A stretch of DNA of 35,133 nt from Nitrososphaerota archaeon (GCA_022573065.1 JACZUQ010000002.1:1-35133); one strand, 5' to 3'. Numbered from the stretch's first letter, positions 1 through 9,329 are shown. The notes: generated by a model from the sequence alone, not told the origin. Translations and numbers: made by a program.

Positions 1-558
1 GCAATTGCAGCATCAGCAGCAACTGGTGCTCAAATAATGTACATTGGTACCGGTGAACGCATTGACGACTTGGAAAAATTTTCTCCAACAAGATTTGTTG
101 GAAGGCTTTTAGGTATGGGTGATTTACAAGCTCTATTAGATTTAGCTAAAAGACTTGAAAGCGAAGCTGATGATGTACGTCTAAAACGAATCTCAAGTGG
201 AAAGATGAACATGGATGATTTCTATTATCAACTTGAAGAAGTTACTAAAGTTGGTTCACTAAAGGGACTATTGGAAAGTATGCCAGGCTTTTCAGGAATG
301 GTAAAAGAAGATCAACTTGACCAAGTTGAAGATAGAATGGAAAAATGGCGTTACATTATTCAAAGTATGAATAAACAAGAAAAAGCAGATCCTGATCTTC
401 TAAATGCATCTAGAATTAAAAGAATTGCGCGAGGTTCGGGTTGGCCTGAACATGAAGTAAAAGAACTTTTGAAAAATTATAAAAATTCAAAAAATATGAT
501 GAAAGCATCTAAAGGAAGACAGATGCAAGGTGCCCTCAGAAGGATGGGCTTGGGATAG
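1..558 (+). CDS. srp54: Signal recognition particle protein SRP54 (5'-partial)
   Basis: Frame open from base 1 (AIAASAATGAQIMYIGTGE...). Shows GTGE..DLE.F.P.RFVGRLLGMGDL and M-domain SRIKRIARGSG motifs. Confidence 0.97.
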   Translation, partial: AIAASAATGAQIMYIGTGERIDDLEKFSPTRFVGRLLGMGDLQALLDLAKRLESEADDVRLKRISSGKMNMDDFYYQLEEVTKVGSLKGLLESMPGFSGMVKEDQLDQVEDRMEKWRYIIQSMNKQEKADPDLLNASRIKRIARGSGWPEHEVKELLKNYKNSKNMMKASKGRQMQGALRRMGLG

Positions 559-590
559 AACTTTAACTATAGTAATTAAAATAATTCTAT

Positions 591-1781
591 ATGTATTCAC
601 AACAAAAAATCAAAATGGGGAATAATATTCTAGATCAATGTATATCCCACGCAAAAATTATTCTAAATGAATATGACATTTGTGATAATTGTACAGGTAG
701 ATTATTTGCAAAAAGGATGGGCTCATCATCTAATCAACTATTAGGGAAAAAAATTAGAAATCGACTAAATTTCAAATCATCAAAAATTTGCTATATTTGT
801 AAAGAAATTCATTCCAACTTACAATCAATTGTTGATAGAATGCTAGAACAATCATCCGGGTATGAATTTTCTACATTCGTACTAGGGGGAATTCTAAAGC
901 CATCTATTATTGATAGAGACGATCTCATTAGATCAAAATTTAAGCTTCAAGGAATTGATAGTGTTAAAACCGGCATAACTAAAGAATTATCTAAAAAATT
1001 TGCAATGAAAACAAAGAAAAAGATAGACTTTCTTTATCCTGATTTGACTTTTACGTATAATTTTAAAAATGATTCATGTGAATTACAAACTCGAACTTTA
1101 ATTTTCTCTGGAAGATATGTAAAAAAAAATCGTGGATTACCACAAAAACAATCTTCATGCATTAATTGTAATGGAAAAGGATGTCTTCAGTGCAATAATC
1201 ATGGATTTTCAAACTTTACTAGTGTTGAAGGTAAAATTGCTAAATTCTTATTTGAAAAATTTTCTGGTACACAGACAAAAATCACTTGGATTGGTGGTGA
1301 AGAAAAAAATAGTCTTGTTTTGGGAAATGGAAGACCTTTTTTTATCAAGTTATATAATCCAAAGAAAAGAGTAGCTAGATTACAGAAAAAATATGCTCTA
1401 GATGAACTAGAAATTCATAATCTGAAAATTATTTCTAAAATTCCAAAAAAAGTTATCTCTTTTAGATCCACAATTAAATTATCAATTCTTACTGAACAGA
1501 AATTAACACAAAAAAGCCTTGAACCTCTAAAAACCCTCAAAAAAATTTCTATAGAAATTTTTGACAAACCTAATAAAAAAACTCAAAAATCTATCTACCG
1601 GATAAAATTCAAAAAATCTTCTCCAAAGTCTTTTTTAATTTGGATCATTGCAGATGGGGGCCTTCCAATTAAGCGATTTGTAGAAGGAAATAACGTTAAC
1701 CCAAACCTAAGTGAACTTCTTGGAAACAAATGTAGATGTAAAGAAATTGATTTTCATAATGTGGATTTACTAAATATTTAG
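591..1781 (+). CDS. pus10: tRNA pseudouridine(54/55) synthase Pus10-like protein, divergent active site
   Basis: N-terminal CxxC..GR.F and CxxC Zn sites, GRYVK..RGLPQ, SVEG.I and LGNGRPF.IKL.NPKKR motifs. Start may be 591 or 615. Confidence 0.85.
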   Translation: MYSQQKIKMGNNILDQCISHAKIILNEYDICDNCTGRLFAKRMGSSSNQLLGKKIRNRLNFKSSKICYICKEIHSNLQSIVDRMLEQSSGYEFSTFVLGGILKPSIIDRDDLIRSKFKLQGIDSVKTGITKELSKKFAMKTKKKIDFLYPDLTFTYNFKNDSCELQTRTLIFSGRYVKKNRGLPQKQSSCINCNGKGCLQCNNHGFSNFTSVEGKIAKFLFEKFSGTQTKITWIGGEEKNSLVLGNGRPFFIKLYNPKKRVARLQKKYALDELEIHNLKIISKIPKKVISFRSTIKLSILTEQKLTQKSLEPLKTLKKISIEIFDKPNKKTQKSIYRIKFKKSSPKSFLIWIIADGGLPIKRFVEGNNVNPNLSELLGNKCRCKEIDFHNVDLLNI

Positions 1782-1788
1782 GTTAATC

Positions 1789-1846
1789 TTTGAGATGAGG
1801 GTACATTACTAGTCTGCCTCAAACTGTAGTTTCCCCCCACCTCGAA
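1789..1846 (-). ncRNA. Candidate structured RNA (long imperfect hairpin)
   Basis: On the minus strand GAGGUGGGGG pairs with CCCUCAUCUC, and UAC-AGUUUG pairs with CAGACU-A-GUA. The G-U pairs favour the minus strand. GC-rich relative to the flanks. Confidence 0.35.
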
Positions 1847-1948
1847 TTTGAAGGATAAAATCATCTATCAAAGTAGTAAAAAAAGAGTTACTGAGAAATC
1901 GTCATAGCTTAGATTATATTTGATTCATCTAGTTTTTGACTTGTTTCA

Positions 1949-2650
1949 TTGGATCCGCTGATAAAAGTTAAAGAAGCACATCAAAAAGGAATCCTGCCAG
2001 ACGATGTTTTCAATTTAATTGTTAAAAGATTTCCCTTAGTAGTCTCAGGAATAAATAGAATCGAGAATGCCTCAGGCATAAACTATCCTATTGCTTATGT
2101 GGATCCCTCAATAGTTCTTTCATCTTCTAGTTCATATGATTACGGAATACTTTTTGCAAGAACTATTCCATTAATTTTCGAAAACCAACTTCAAGTGGTA
2201 ATTCAAATATCTTCGCCTCTTATTGCTTATGGTTTGAAAGGAACAATTCATGCCATTTTAGCACATGAATTTCTTCATTATCTAAATTTGATAAGAAAGA
2301 TCTCAAAAATGGAATTACTTTCCGATGAAATTTCTGGAAATTTATTTGAAAATGTTTATGCTGATAGTACTAGACTTTTTGAACCTAGGGCAGTTTTTAA
2401 TGATAAAACATTACTATTACATATTACAAAAAAATTTCCGGCGGGTTTTAAAGATTTTAAACTTGAGGATAAAACTATTAACTTTTGGATAAAAAAGGAT
2501 CTTCCAATAAATAATATTACTCTGGATACCAACATCGTAAAGCTGTCTACAGAAGCTATATCAAAAATAAAATTTGACCAAATTCTTCTAAAAAAGATTG
2601 AAGAATTAGAAGAAAAAAATTCTAAACTTCATAAGAAAAAATATCTTTAA
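1949..2650 (+). CDS. Hypothetical protein with HExxH zincin-like motif
   Basis: 233-aa ORF with TTG start; contains AILAHEFLHY. Confidence 0.75.
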   Translation: MDPLIKVKEAHQKGILPDDVFNLIVKRFPLVVSGINRIENASGINYPIAYVDPSIVLSSSSSYDYGILFARTIPLIFENQLQVVIQISSPLIAYGLKGTIHAILAHEFLHYLNLIRKISKMELLSDEISGNLFENVYADSTRLFEPRAVFNDKTLLLHITKKFPAGFKDFKLEDKTINFWIKKDLPINNITLDTNIVKLSTEAISKIKFDQILLKKIEELEEKNSKLHKKKYL

Positions 2651-2824
2651 TTATTGTGAAAATTCTGTAAGGCCACATTTGCCACAGGTTCGACGGTTTT
2701 TATGTTCTGACATAAACACTCCTTTTCCACAACGTGAACAAATTTTTCGAGTTTTTGTTGCTTTTTCTCCTTCAATCTTATAATACTTGTAGACATTTGG
2801 ACTGGAACCTTTCCTTCCTGCCAT
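2651..2824 (-). CDS. rps27ae: 30S ribosomal protein S27ae (not in ORF track)
   Basis: Hand translation MAGRKGSSPNVYKYYKIEGEKATKTRKICSRCGKGVFMSEHKNRRTCGKCGLTEFSQ (57 aa). C4 zinc ribbon, directly downstream of rps24e. Confidence 0.96.
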   Translation of the reverse strand: MAGRKGSSPNVYKYYKIEGEKATKTRKICSRCGKGVFMSEHKNRRTCGKCGLTEFSQ

Positions 2825-2826
2825 TT

Positions 2827-3243
2827 TTAGCTTTTCTCCTCAACAGGCTTTTCTTTTGGTGTTCCATCTTTTACCTCAACAGGTTTTGATTCTTTTTTCT
2901 CTTCTTTTGGTTGATCCTGTTTTGCAGCTTCTTTTACCTCAGGAGGTTTTTCAGCTTCTTTTTTTGCTTTTTCTAAACGCTTGAAAATAACAGGATTAAT
3001 TTGTTTTTTTGCAAGGTTTTCATCCTCATATACATAAAAAGTACCAACAATTGAAGGCCTGCCAGTATCATTTTTCATTTTTATAGGAATAATGAACTTT
3101 CCATCAAGTTTGAATTCTTTTTTTATCATATCTATAGCGTCAAGTTTTTTCAATTTTCCCCCAACACCTGCAAAAGTACATGTAATCTCTCTTCTAGATA
3201 GAAATGAATTTTTTACATCACTTATAGTCTCAATCATTGACAT
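2827..3243 (-). CDS. rps24e: 30S ribosomal protein S24e with K/E/P-rich C-terminal tail
   Basis: N.FLSRREI and G...VY motifs; canonical rps24e-rps27ae order. ATG at 3243 preferred over TTG at 3252. Confidence 0.9.
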   Translation of the reverse strand: MSMIETISDVKNSFLSRREITCTFAGVGGKLKKLDAIDMIKKEFKLDGKFIIPIKMKNDTGRPSIVGTFYVYEDENLAKKQINPVIFKRLEKAKKEAEKPPEVKEAAKQDQPKEEKKESKPVEVKDGTPKEKPVEEKS

Positions 3244-3300
3244 GTACCCCAATCCTTTCTATAGTTCATATAAATTTAATTAAAAATTACGAAGAAATTT

Positions 3301-3885
3301 ATGAAAATACAACGACTCTACTTTATGGACAGATTTATGCTCCATTTGAAAAATGAAAATTATGTTCCAAAAGACGCATCTGAATTACTTCATCGGTCAC
3401 GAGACCTTTGTTCAGGAATGAATGTCACAATACGTGATACTAGAGTTTCAAGGCAATTTCTAGAATTCGATGTTTCAATAAACAAAGAGAATTTAGATGT
3501 TTTAGTTACAAAAATGAAACCCCTTGGAGAACTTGATCATGCTAAACATGTTGTAGAAGAAGAAATACCTAAAGAAGATGCCATTAAGGATGGAATTTCT
3601 TATTTTAATGATGAAAGATTTTGGGAATGTCATGAGGTTTTTGAAAGTGTTTGGAAAAAATGTTACGAAGGAGAAAGAGATCTTGTTCATGGAATTATTC
3701 TAGTTGCTGCATCTTTGGTCCACTATCAGAAAAATGAAAATGAAATTTGTATTTCAATTCTAAACCGTGCATTAAAAAAGCTTGCAAATGCTTCAGGACA
3801 ATATTACAATATAGATGTGGATGGTTTACGTAATAAAGTAAATGAAATAATTATCTCTAGAAAAATCACTACATTTTTGATTTAA
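3301..3885 (+). CDS. DUF309-domain protein
   Basis: FN.ERFWECHEVFE.VW...GII..AA..VH signature. Start could be ATG 3325. Confidence 0.85.
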   Translation: MKIQRLYFMDRFMLHLKNENYVPKDASELLHRSRDLCSGMNVTIRDTRVSRQFLEFDVSINKENLDVLVTKMKPLGELDHAKHVVEEEIPKEDAIKDGISYFNDERFWECHEVFESVWKKCYEGERDLVHGIILVAASLVHYQKNENEICISILNRALKKLANASGQYYNIDVDGLRNKVNEIIISRKITTFLI

Positions 3886-5134
3886 TTATTTCTAGACAGG
3901 TTTTTACAACTTGTGAGCCTTCAAGTAAACCTATTTTTCCTTTTTTAGATTCTGTCTCAGTGTATCTAATAGTTTCATCTTTTTTAATTAAATCTCCTGA
4001 AACAAGAATAGGTACTGGATCATCACTATGTCCCTTGTTAATGCATGGAGTAGAATGATCTGCAGATACTATTACTGATACTTTTTTAGTGTCAATATTA
4101 TTCAGTAAATTCCCAAAGAATCTTCGATCAATCTCTTCAATATTTTTCATTTTTCCTATAGCATCCCCATCATGCCCAAATTCATCTGGTCCTTTCAAAT
4201 GAACGTAAATGGCGTTTTGAGTTTCCATAGCTTTTGCAGCAACTCTAGCTTTTTCCTCATAATCCGTTAAGCCTCCAGCATTAAAGGCCTTCATTTTGAG
4301 AACCTCTGAGATGCCCAACTCCACTGGCATATCTACTATACATGAAAAATTCATTGAATGCAAATCGTTTATCGGTTTTACCACAGGATACCTATTTCCA
4401 GCATCGCGCAACAAAATACTGTTTAGAAGTTTTTTATGATTTTCTTTTCTTCTAAGATTAACCTCACTTCGTTTCATTATACTAAGCGATTGTTCCGTAA
4501 ATTCATTAACTAATTTTGCAGTCAAGTTAGCCTCAGACGAATCATTTAGTGGAAGACATTTTTCAATTTTCATAAAATCAGTAACTGCTTTTGCTATACC
4601 CATACCTGAGACTCGTGAATATGCTGGATCCGTATTTGTGATACTTGATGAGAGAGATTGCCCCTCGCATCTTATTCTTACTGTAACCCTATGGCCAATA
4701 GTTGGGGCTACAACCACCGAAGTGTTTGGAACTGAAAATCTTGCATTTTGTTCAACTTCTTTTGCAATTTCTAAGGCATCTTCTCGTTCAATACTTCTTC
4801 CTGCTCTTCTGTCTATAATGACTTCATCATCATTTAATGTAGCAAAGTTTCCTCTTAATGCTAAATCACCATCTTTGAAATCTATTCCAACTCCTATTGC
4901 TTCAATTACTCCTCTGCCAACATAGTCTTCATGTTGAAATTTGTATCCTAACATGTTGAAAACAGCAATGTCAGATTCTGGAGCAATTCCTTTTCCTACA
5001 GAAATAACCTCACCCATTACTCCATTTTTCGTTAATTTGTCAAGATTAGGAGTAACTGCTGCCTCTAACGGGGTCTTACCTTTTAGATCTGGATGAGGAA
5101 GATCTCCAACTCCGTCTAATAAGACATAAACCAC
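3869..5134 (-). CDS. apgM: 2,3-bisphosphoglycerate-independent phosphoglycerate mutase (ApgM family)
   Basis: LLDGVGD.P, TPLEAA.TPNLD, APESD, HLKGPDEFGHDG, ADHSTP and HS.DPVP motifs. Confidence 0.92.
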   Translation of the reverse strand: MVYVLLDGVGDLPHPDLKGKTPLEAAVTPNLDKLTKNGVMGEVISVGKGIAPESDIAVFNMLGYKFQHEDYVGRGVIEAIGVGIDFKDGDLALRGNFATLNDDEVIIDRRAGRSIEREDALEIAKEVEQNARFSVPNTSVVVAPTIGHRVTVRIRCEGQSLSSSITNTDPAYSRVSGMGIAKAVTDFMKIEKCLPLNDSSEANLTAKLVNEFTEQSLSIMKRSEVNLRRKENHKKLLNSILLRDAGNRYPVVKPINDLHSMNFSCIVDMPVELGISEVLKMKAFNAGGLTDYEEKARVAAKAMETQNAIYVHLKGPDEFGHDGDAIGKMKNIEEIDRRFFGNLLNNIDTKKVSVIVSADHSTPCINKGHSDDPVPILVSGDLIKKDETIRYTETESKKGKIGLLEGSQVVKTCLEIIKSKM

Positions 5135-5281
5135 ACGAACATCCGAATTTTTAGTAATGTTGAACAGCTCCTTTCTTAAACATTTTATCTGGTTACTTTA
5201 AAGCTTGGAATTTTTGACCACTTTTTGAAAAGTATCGATCTATAGAAAGCTTTTAACACGTAAATTTTTTTGTTATCTATT

Positions 5282-6298
5282 ATGGGGAACATGCGTAAAG
5301 ATCCTATTCTTGAAAGATTCATGATCATAACTTCTGGTAACGGTAAGATTACTGATTCTAAAAAATCACCATATTCCCCTGGAAATGAAACTATGACAAA
5401 TCCATCAGTATTATCTCTAGTTGAAAAAAATGGAATGCTGCAAAGACTACAAGACAGTGAAGATAATTATGTTAAAAATTGGTCAATAAGGGTTTTTGAA
5501 AGCAAAAATCCAGCAGTATCAATAACTGCAGAAAACACCTACAGTGACAAACCTCATTATAGCGAACCAGCTTATGGCTATCATTATGTAGTAGTTGCTT
5601 CTCCAAATCAAAAAGATACTTTTGCAACAATCGATGTTGATCAATGGTCAAACATACTAGTTGTTATTCAAGATCGACTCAGATGGCTATATACACAGAA
5701 AGGTGTTACCTATGTTTCAATCTATGGAAATCATGGTAAAGAGGCAGGTGCAGAAATTTCTCATCCACACCTTCACGTGGTAACCTTTTCTACAATTCCC
5801 CCTGTGATTGAAGCTGAAGCCGAAGCTACACATAGGATTTTGAATGAAAAAGGCGTTTGTGCTTTATGTCAAACTATTACAGCTGAAACTGGAGGCCCTA
5901 GACAAATTTTACAATCTGAGGGATTCATTGCTTTTTGCCCTTGGGCACCTTCACACCCATACGAATTTTGGATTTGTCCTAAAAAACATACTACAAGTTT
6001 TTCAAAAATAACTCAAAAAGAGATTAACGATCTCTCTTTGATTTTACGAGCTACTCTAGGGGGATTAGTAAATAGCATTAAAGACTTGGCTTATAATTTC
6101 GCATTTCATTTATCCCCTGAAAAAAAGAATAGTAGACAAATTCATTGGCATATAGAGGTGTATCCAGTTACTTCTCCATGGTCTGGACTAGAACGTGGTT
6201 TTGGAGTGTTTTTGAATCAAATCTCCCCTGAACAAGCTGCTGAAAAACTAGGCGCATCGTGCAGAAAAGAATTAGCAAATCTAGTGGGTATCGTATAG
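5282..6298 (+). CDS. galT: Galactose-1-phosphate uridylyltransferase (GalT)-like / HIT superfamily nucleotidyltransferase
   Basis: PGNE, N.G..AGA.ISHPH, CxxC, CPWA...PYE.WI.PKKH and HWHIE motifs. ATG at 5282 preferred. Confidence 0.8.
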   Translation: MGNMRKDPILERFMIITSGNGKITDSKKSPYSPGNETMTNPSVLSLVEKNGMLQRLQDSEDNYVKNWSIRVFESKNPAVSITAENTYSDKPHYSEPAYGYHYVVVASPNQKDTFATIDVDQWSNILVVIQDRLRWLYTQKGVTYVSIYGNHGKEAGAEISHPHLHVVTFSTIPPVIEAEAEATHRILNEKGVCALCQTITAETGGPRQILQSEGFIAFCPWAPSHPYEFWICPKKHTTSFSKITQKEINDLSLILRATLGGLVNSIKDLAYNFAFHLSPEKKNSRQIHWHIEVYPVTSPWSGLERGFGVFLNQISPEQAAEKLGASCRKELANLVGIV

Positions 6299-6341
6299 AA
6301 ACACTGCATAGCTTATTATCTTCAAAAAAAATTCATATTGT

Positions 6342-6785
6342 ATGGGATTTGAAAAATACATTGCAGCTGTAAGTCTTGGATTATACATAATGTTTGTAGG
6401 TGAAATTTTTACATTGTATAATTTCATGCAAGATACTCCTGAACAAACTTCATCTTTCATTTTAGACCCTGATCCAAAAATTTTTCAATTTATCTCAATT
6501 GGTGTTGCTCCGGCAACAGTTATGGCAGGAATTTCATTTTTCATATCAAAACAATATGGTTCAAAACCTACTGGTTTAATGATTATTGCAGGCGGTGCAA
6601 TTTTATTAGGTGGTATGGCATTTGCACACTCTATGATAAGTGGAATAAATCCAGCATATGAAAGTAAAGTCATACCAATTTTCACCCCTTTGTTTATGGT
6701 AATATCAATTCCTATAATTATTGTAGGAACACGATTACTAAAAATCAAAAAAAGAAAATCAAAAAAAGATTATTTCTATGAATGA
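6342..6785 (+). CDS. Hypothetical membrane protein (about 4 TM)
   Basis: Four hydrophobic stretches and a basic C-terminal tail. Confidence 0.8.
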   Translation: MGFEKYIAAVSLGLYIMFVGEIFTLYNFMQDTPEQTSSFILDPDPKIFQFISIGVAPATVMAGISFFISKQYGSKPTGLMIIAGGAILLGGMAFAHSMISGINPAYESKVIPIFTPLFMVISIPIIIVGTRLLKIKKRKSKKDYFYE

Positions 6786-7213
6786 TCATATCGCATTCCA
6801 TTTGAAATTATTTTAAAACCAATCTTTTCATAAAATGGCTTTACTTCATCAGTGCAATCCAAAATTGTTTTGTAGCAATTATTATCTTTAGCAAGATCTA
6901 GTAAAGTTCTCATTAGCATTTCACCAATTCCTTTTCCTTGATAGTCTTTTGATACTACAACATCTTCAATATGTGCTACATTTCTTCCATTGTGGATAAA
7001 TTTTGGTTCAATTAACATAGATGTAGAACCAACAACTCTTCCATCTAAAATTGCAACATAGATAAAATGATTTGAATTAGAACTAATCTTTTCAAAAATT
7101 TCCTTTGCTTTTTCTATGTCAAGATTACTTGCTAATTTGAGAGAATCCATAGATTCTAAAAATCCATTGAAAAGGTCTTTTTCTTCTAATTCTCTGATAG
7201 TAATGTCAACCAT
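6776..7213 (-). CDS. GNAT acetyltransferase, glucosamine-6-phosphate N-acetyltransferase (GNA1)-like
   Basis: LIE.KFIH....AHIEDVVV...YQGKGIG and CYKTILDC......FYEK.GF match the GNA1 pattern. Confidence 0.85.
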   Translation of the reverse strand: MVDITIRELEEKDLFNGFLESMDSLKLASNLDIEKAKEIFEKISSNSNHFIYVAILDGRVVGSTSMLIEPKFIHNGRNVAHIEDVVVSKDYQGKGIGEMLMRTLLDLAKDNNCYKTILDCTDEVKPFYEKIGFKIISNGMRYDHS

Positions 7214-7222
7214 TTTTTGTCA

Positions 7223-7924
7223 TTAGATATTACCTAATTTTTCGAGAAATTGTTGATATGCTTTTTTGTAGGAGGTTTTATCCCCAATGTCCATGAATCC
7301 CTTTTTAATTAGAATGGTATTAACCAATTTCTTCTTTAAAATGGCCTTTTTGATTACATCATCCATTCCATATGGTTTGTTACTGGGTATTAAGCCAAAA
7401 ACTTGAGGCTCCATTACATAGCAACCGATATTGATATTAGCTTTAATCTCAGGTTTTTCGTTCCAGCCAGTAACTCTGCCATTTTTAGTGGTTTCAATAA
7501 CTCCATAGTTGAGTCTGGTTTTGTATTCATAAAGGCTCATTGTTATGAAAGATCTTTTTTTCTTATGTTGGAAAATCATATTTTTTAAATTAAAATCAAA
7601 CACGGAATCACCATAAACACAAACAAATGAATCATCAATGAATTGTTCTGCAGTTTTTAATTGTCCTGCAGTTGCAAGAGGTTTACTTGCTATAGCGTAT
7701 TCTATATTCATACCAAATCTTTCACCATCCTCAAAATAATCTTCAATTGTTTTTCTAAGATAACTTACACACATAACAGTAGTTTTTATTCCATTTTTCT
7801 TTAACCAATCAATCAGATGCTCAAGTAATGGTTTTTCTCCTAGAGGGAGCATTGGTTTTGGAACAAATGTCGTATAAGGTTGGAGTCTTGTTCCCAATCC
7901 TCCAGCTAAAATTACTGCTTTCAT
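7223..7924 (-). CDS. Sugar-phosphate nucleotidyltransferase (NDP-sugar pyrophosphorylase)
   Basis: KAVILAGGLGTRL.P.T...PKPMLP, GD and EKP motifs; no left-handed beta-helix domain. Confidence 0.9.
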   Translation of the reverse strand: MKAVILAGGLGTRLQPYTTFVPKPMLPLGEKPLLEHLIDWLKKNGIKTTVMCVSYLRKTIEDYFEDGERFGMNIEYAIASKPLATAGQLKTAEQFIDDSFVCVYGDSVFDFNLKNMIFQHKKKRSFITMSLYEYKTRLNYGVIETTKNGRVTGWNEKPEIKANINIGCYVMEPQVFGLIPSNKPYGMDDVIKKAILKKKLVNTILIKKGFMDIGDKTSYKKAYQQFLEKLGNI

Positions 7925-7995
7925 GAATTTGTATTTGAAATTATGAGTATTTATGTTGAGGTATAGATTTCTAATACATTACAATCAAACTTGAC

Positions 7996-9300
7996 TTACA
8001 AAATTTTGATAACTTTTTCTACAACATTACTTGGATCACTACCAAAAATCATTATCATTGGTTCTTTTCCAAAATCTCCTTTATGATATATTATATCTGG
8101 CGCTATTTTATAATTTTTAATTGCTTGTTTAATTCCCCAAGAAATTGATAAATTCTCTTTTCTTTTTATTTTGTGAGGTTCCTTAAATCTATCATAACCT
8201 TGAACTACAAAAGATTTTTTTCTACAACGATTTATTAAATTTAAGTTATATTTTATATTAACTGCGGATCTTATATGTGGAAATTTTTTATTAATTTCAA
8301 ATAGTGCAGAGCCTACATGCTTTGAACCTCCATATTCTAAATTCCCTGCTACAACAATGTCTTTACCAGCTTTAACAATTCTTCCTGAAACCCCTAACAC
8401 ATCTTTGTTTGATTTGATTTTCTTTTTAGCATATACAAAATTTGTTTGACATTCAGGAATAACAGAATAAACTCTCTTTAAATTTATAAAATCATTTATT
8501 GCATTTTCAAGGATTTTTTTATTCTTGTCAGAATTACTAATTGAATAAGTGATTGGTATGCCTTTTCCAATTTGTTTTGCATTTTTAATAGAATTATATG
8601 TATACTTTTTGGCAAATTTTACTGCTATATCTAGACTCTTTCCACTTCCGATTCCCACAGTTAACGCAGAAGAAAAATTACATCCACTTCCATGATTAGC
8701 TTGTTTTAACATTTTTCCAGATATGTAATAATTTTTCCTTCCATCAAAAACAAAATCAGATATGGTACCCCTTTCTGAATCAATTCCGGTAATTACAACA
8801 TTTTTGGCACCGAGTTCTTTTATCTTCAAAGCACATCGTAACAAATCTTGTTTATTTTTTATTTTAATCTCACTAAGAATTGATGCTTCGGATATATTTG
8901 GTGTAACTACAAATGCTAATGGAAGCAGATTTTTTTTGTAAGTATCAAGTGCATTTTTTTTTAAGAGTATGCCTCCTGTTGAAGATTTTATTACAGGATC
9001 AAGAATTATTGGAATTCTAATTTTTGAAAGTTTGGAGTTTATTGATTTGATGGTAGAAGAATCATAAACCATTCCAATCTTGATTGCATCTATTTTAAAA
9101 TCAGAAAAAACAGAATCAATTTGATTTTGAATCATTTTTGGAGAAATTGGTTCTACTTTGCCAAATTTTGTGGTATTTTGACTGGTGATCGATGTAATTA
9201 CCGTTAAGGCATAAGATCCTAATGATGTGAAAGTTTTTACATCACTTTGTATACCTGCACCAGAAGAAGGATCCGATCCTCCGATCGAAAGTAAGTTCAT
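7996..9300 (-). CDS. thiDN: Bifunctional HMP/HMP-P kinase + ThiN thiamine-phosphate synthase
   Basis: GSDPSSGAGIQSD and HGSGC kinase motifs; C-terminal IPEC.TN, GRIV, GGSKH, RSA.NI and G.FGKEPM ThiN motifs. Confidence 0.93.
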   Translation of the reverse strand: MNLLSIGGSDPSSGAGIQSDVKTFTSLGSYALTVITSITSQNTTKFGKVEPISPKMIQNQIDSVFSDFKIDAIKIGMVYDSSTIKSINSKLSKIRIPIILDPVIKSSTGGILLKKNALDTYKKNLLPLAFVVTPNISEASILSEIKIKNKQDLLRCALKIKELGAKNVVITGIDSERGTISDFVFDGRKNYYISGKMLKQANHGSGCNFSSALTVGIGSGKSLDIAVKFAKKYTYNSIKNAKQIGKGIPITYSISNSDKNKKILENAINDFINLKRVYSVIPECQTNFVYAKKKIKSNKDVLGVSGRIVKAGKDIVVAGNLEYGGSKHVGSALFEINKKFPHIRSAVNIKYNLNLINRCRKKSFVVQGYDRFKEPHKIKRKENLSISWGIKQAIKNYKIAPDIIYHKGDFGKEPMIMIFGSDPSNVVEKVIKIL

Positions 9301-9323
9301 ACCAATCTCCTAAAGAACTATTG

Positions 9324-9329
9324 TTTAAA
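9324..9329. promoter_or_regulatory. Palindromic TTTAAA TATA-like box between divergent thiDN and thiC
   Basis: Lies 23 nt from the thiDN ATG (9300) and 21 nt from the thiC ATG (9351). Confidence 0.5.

Noticed and set aside
1850..1910. C/D-box sRNA (minus-strand ATGACGA as a C box)
   Set aside because: No properly placed CTGA D box on the same strand.
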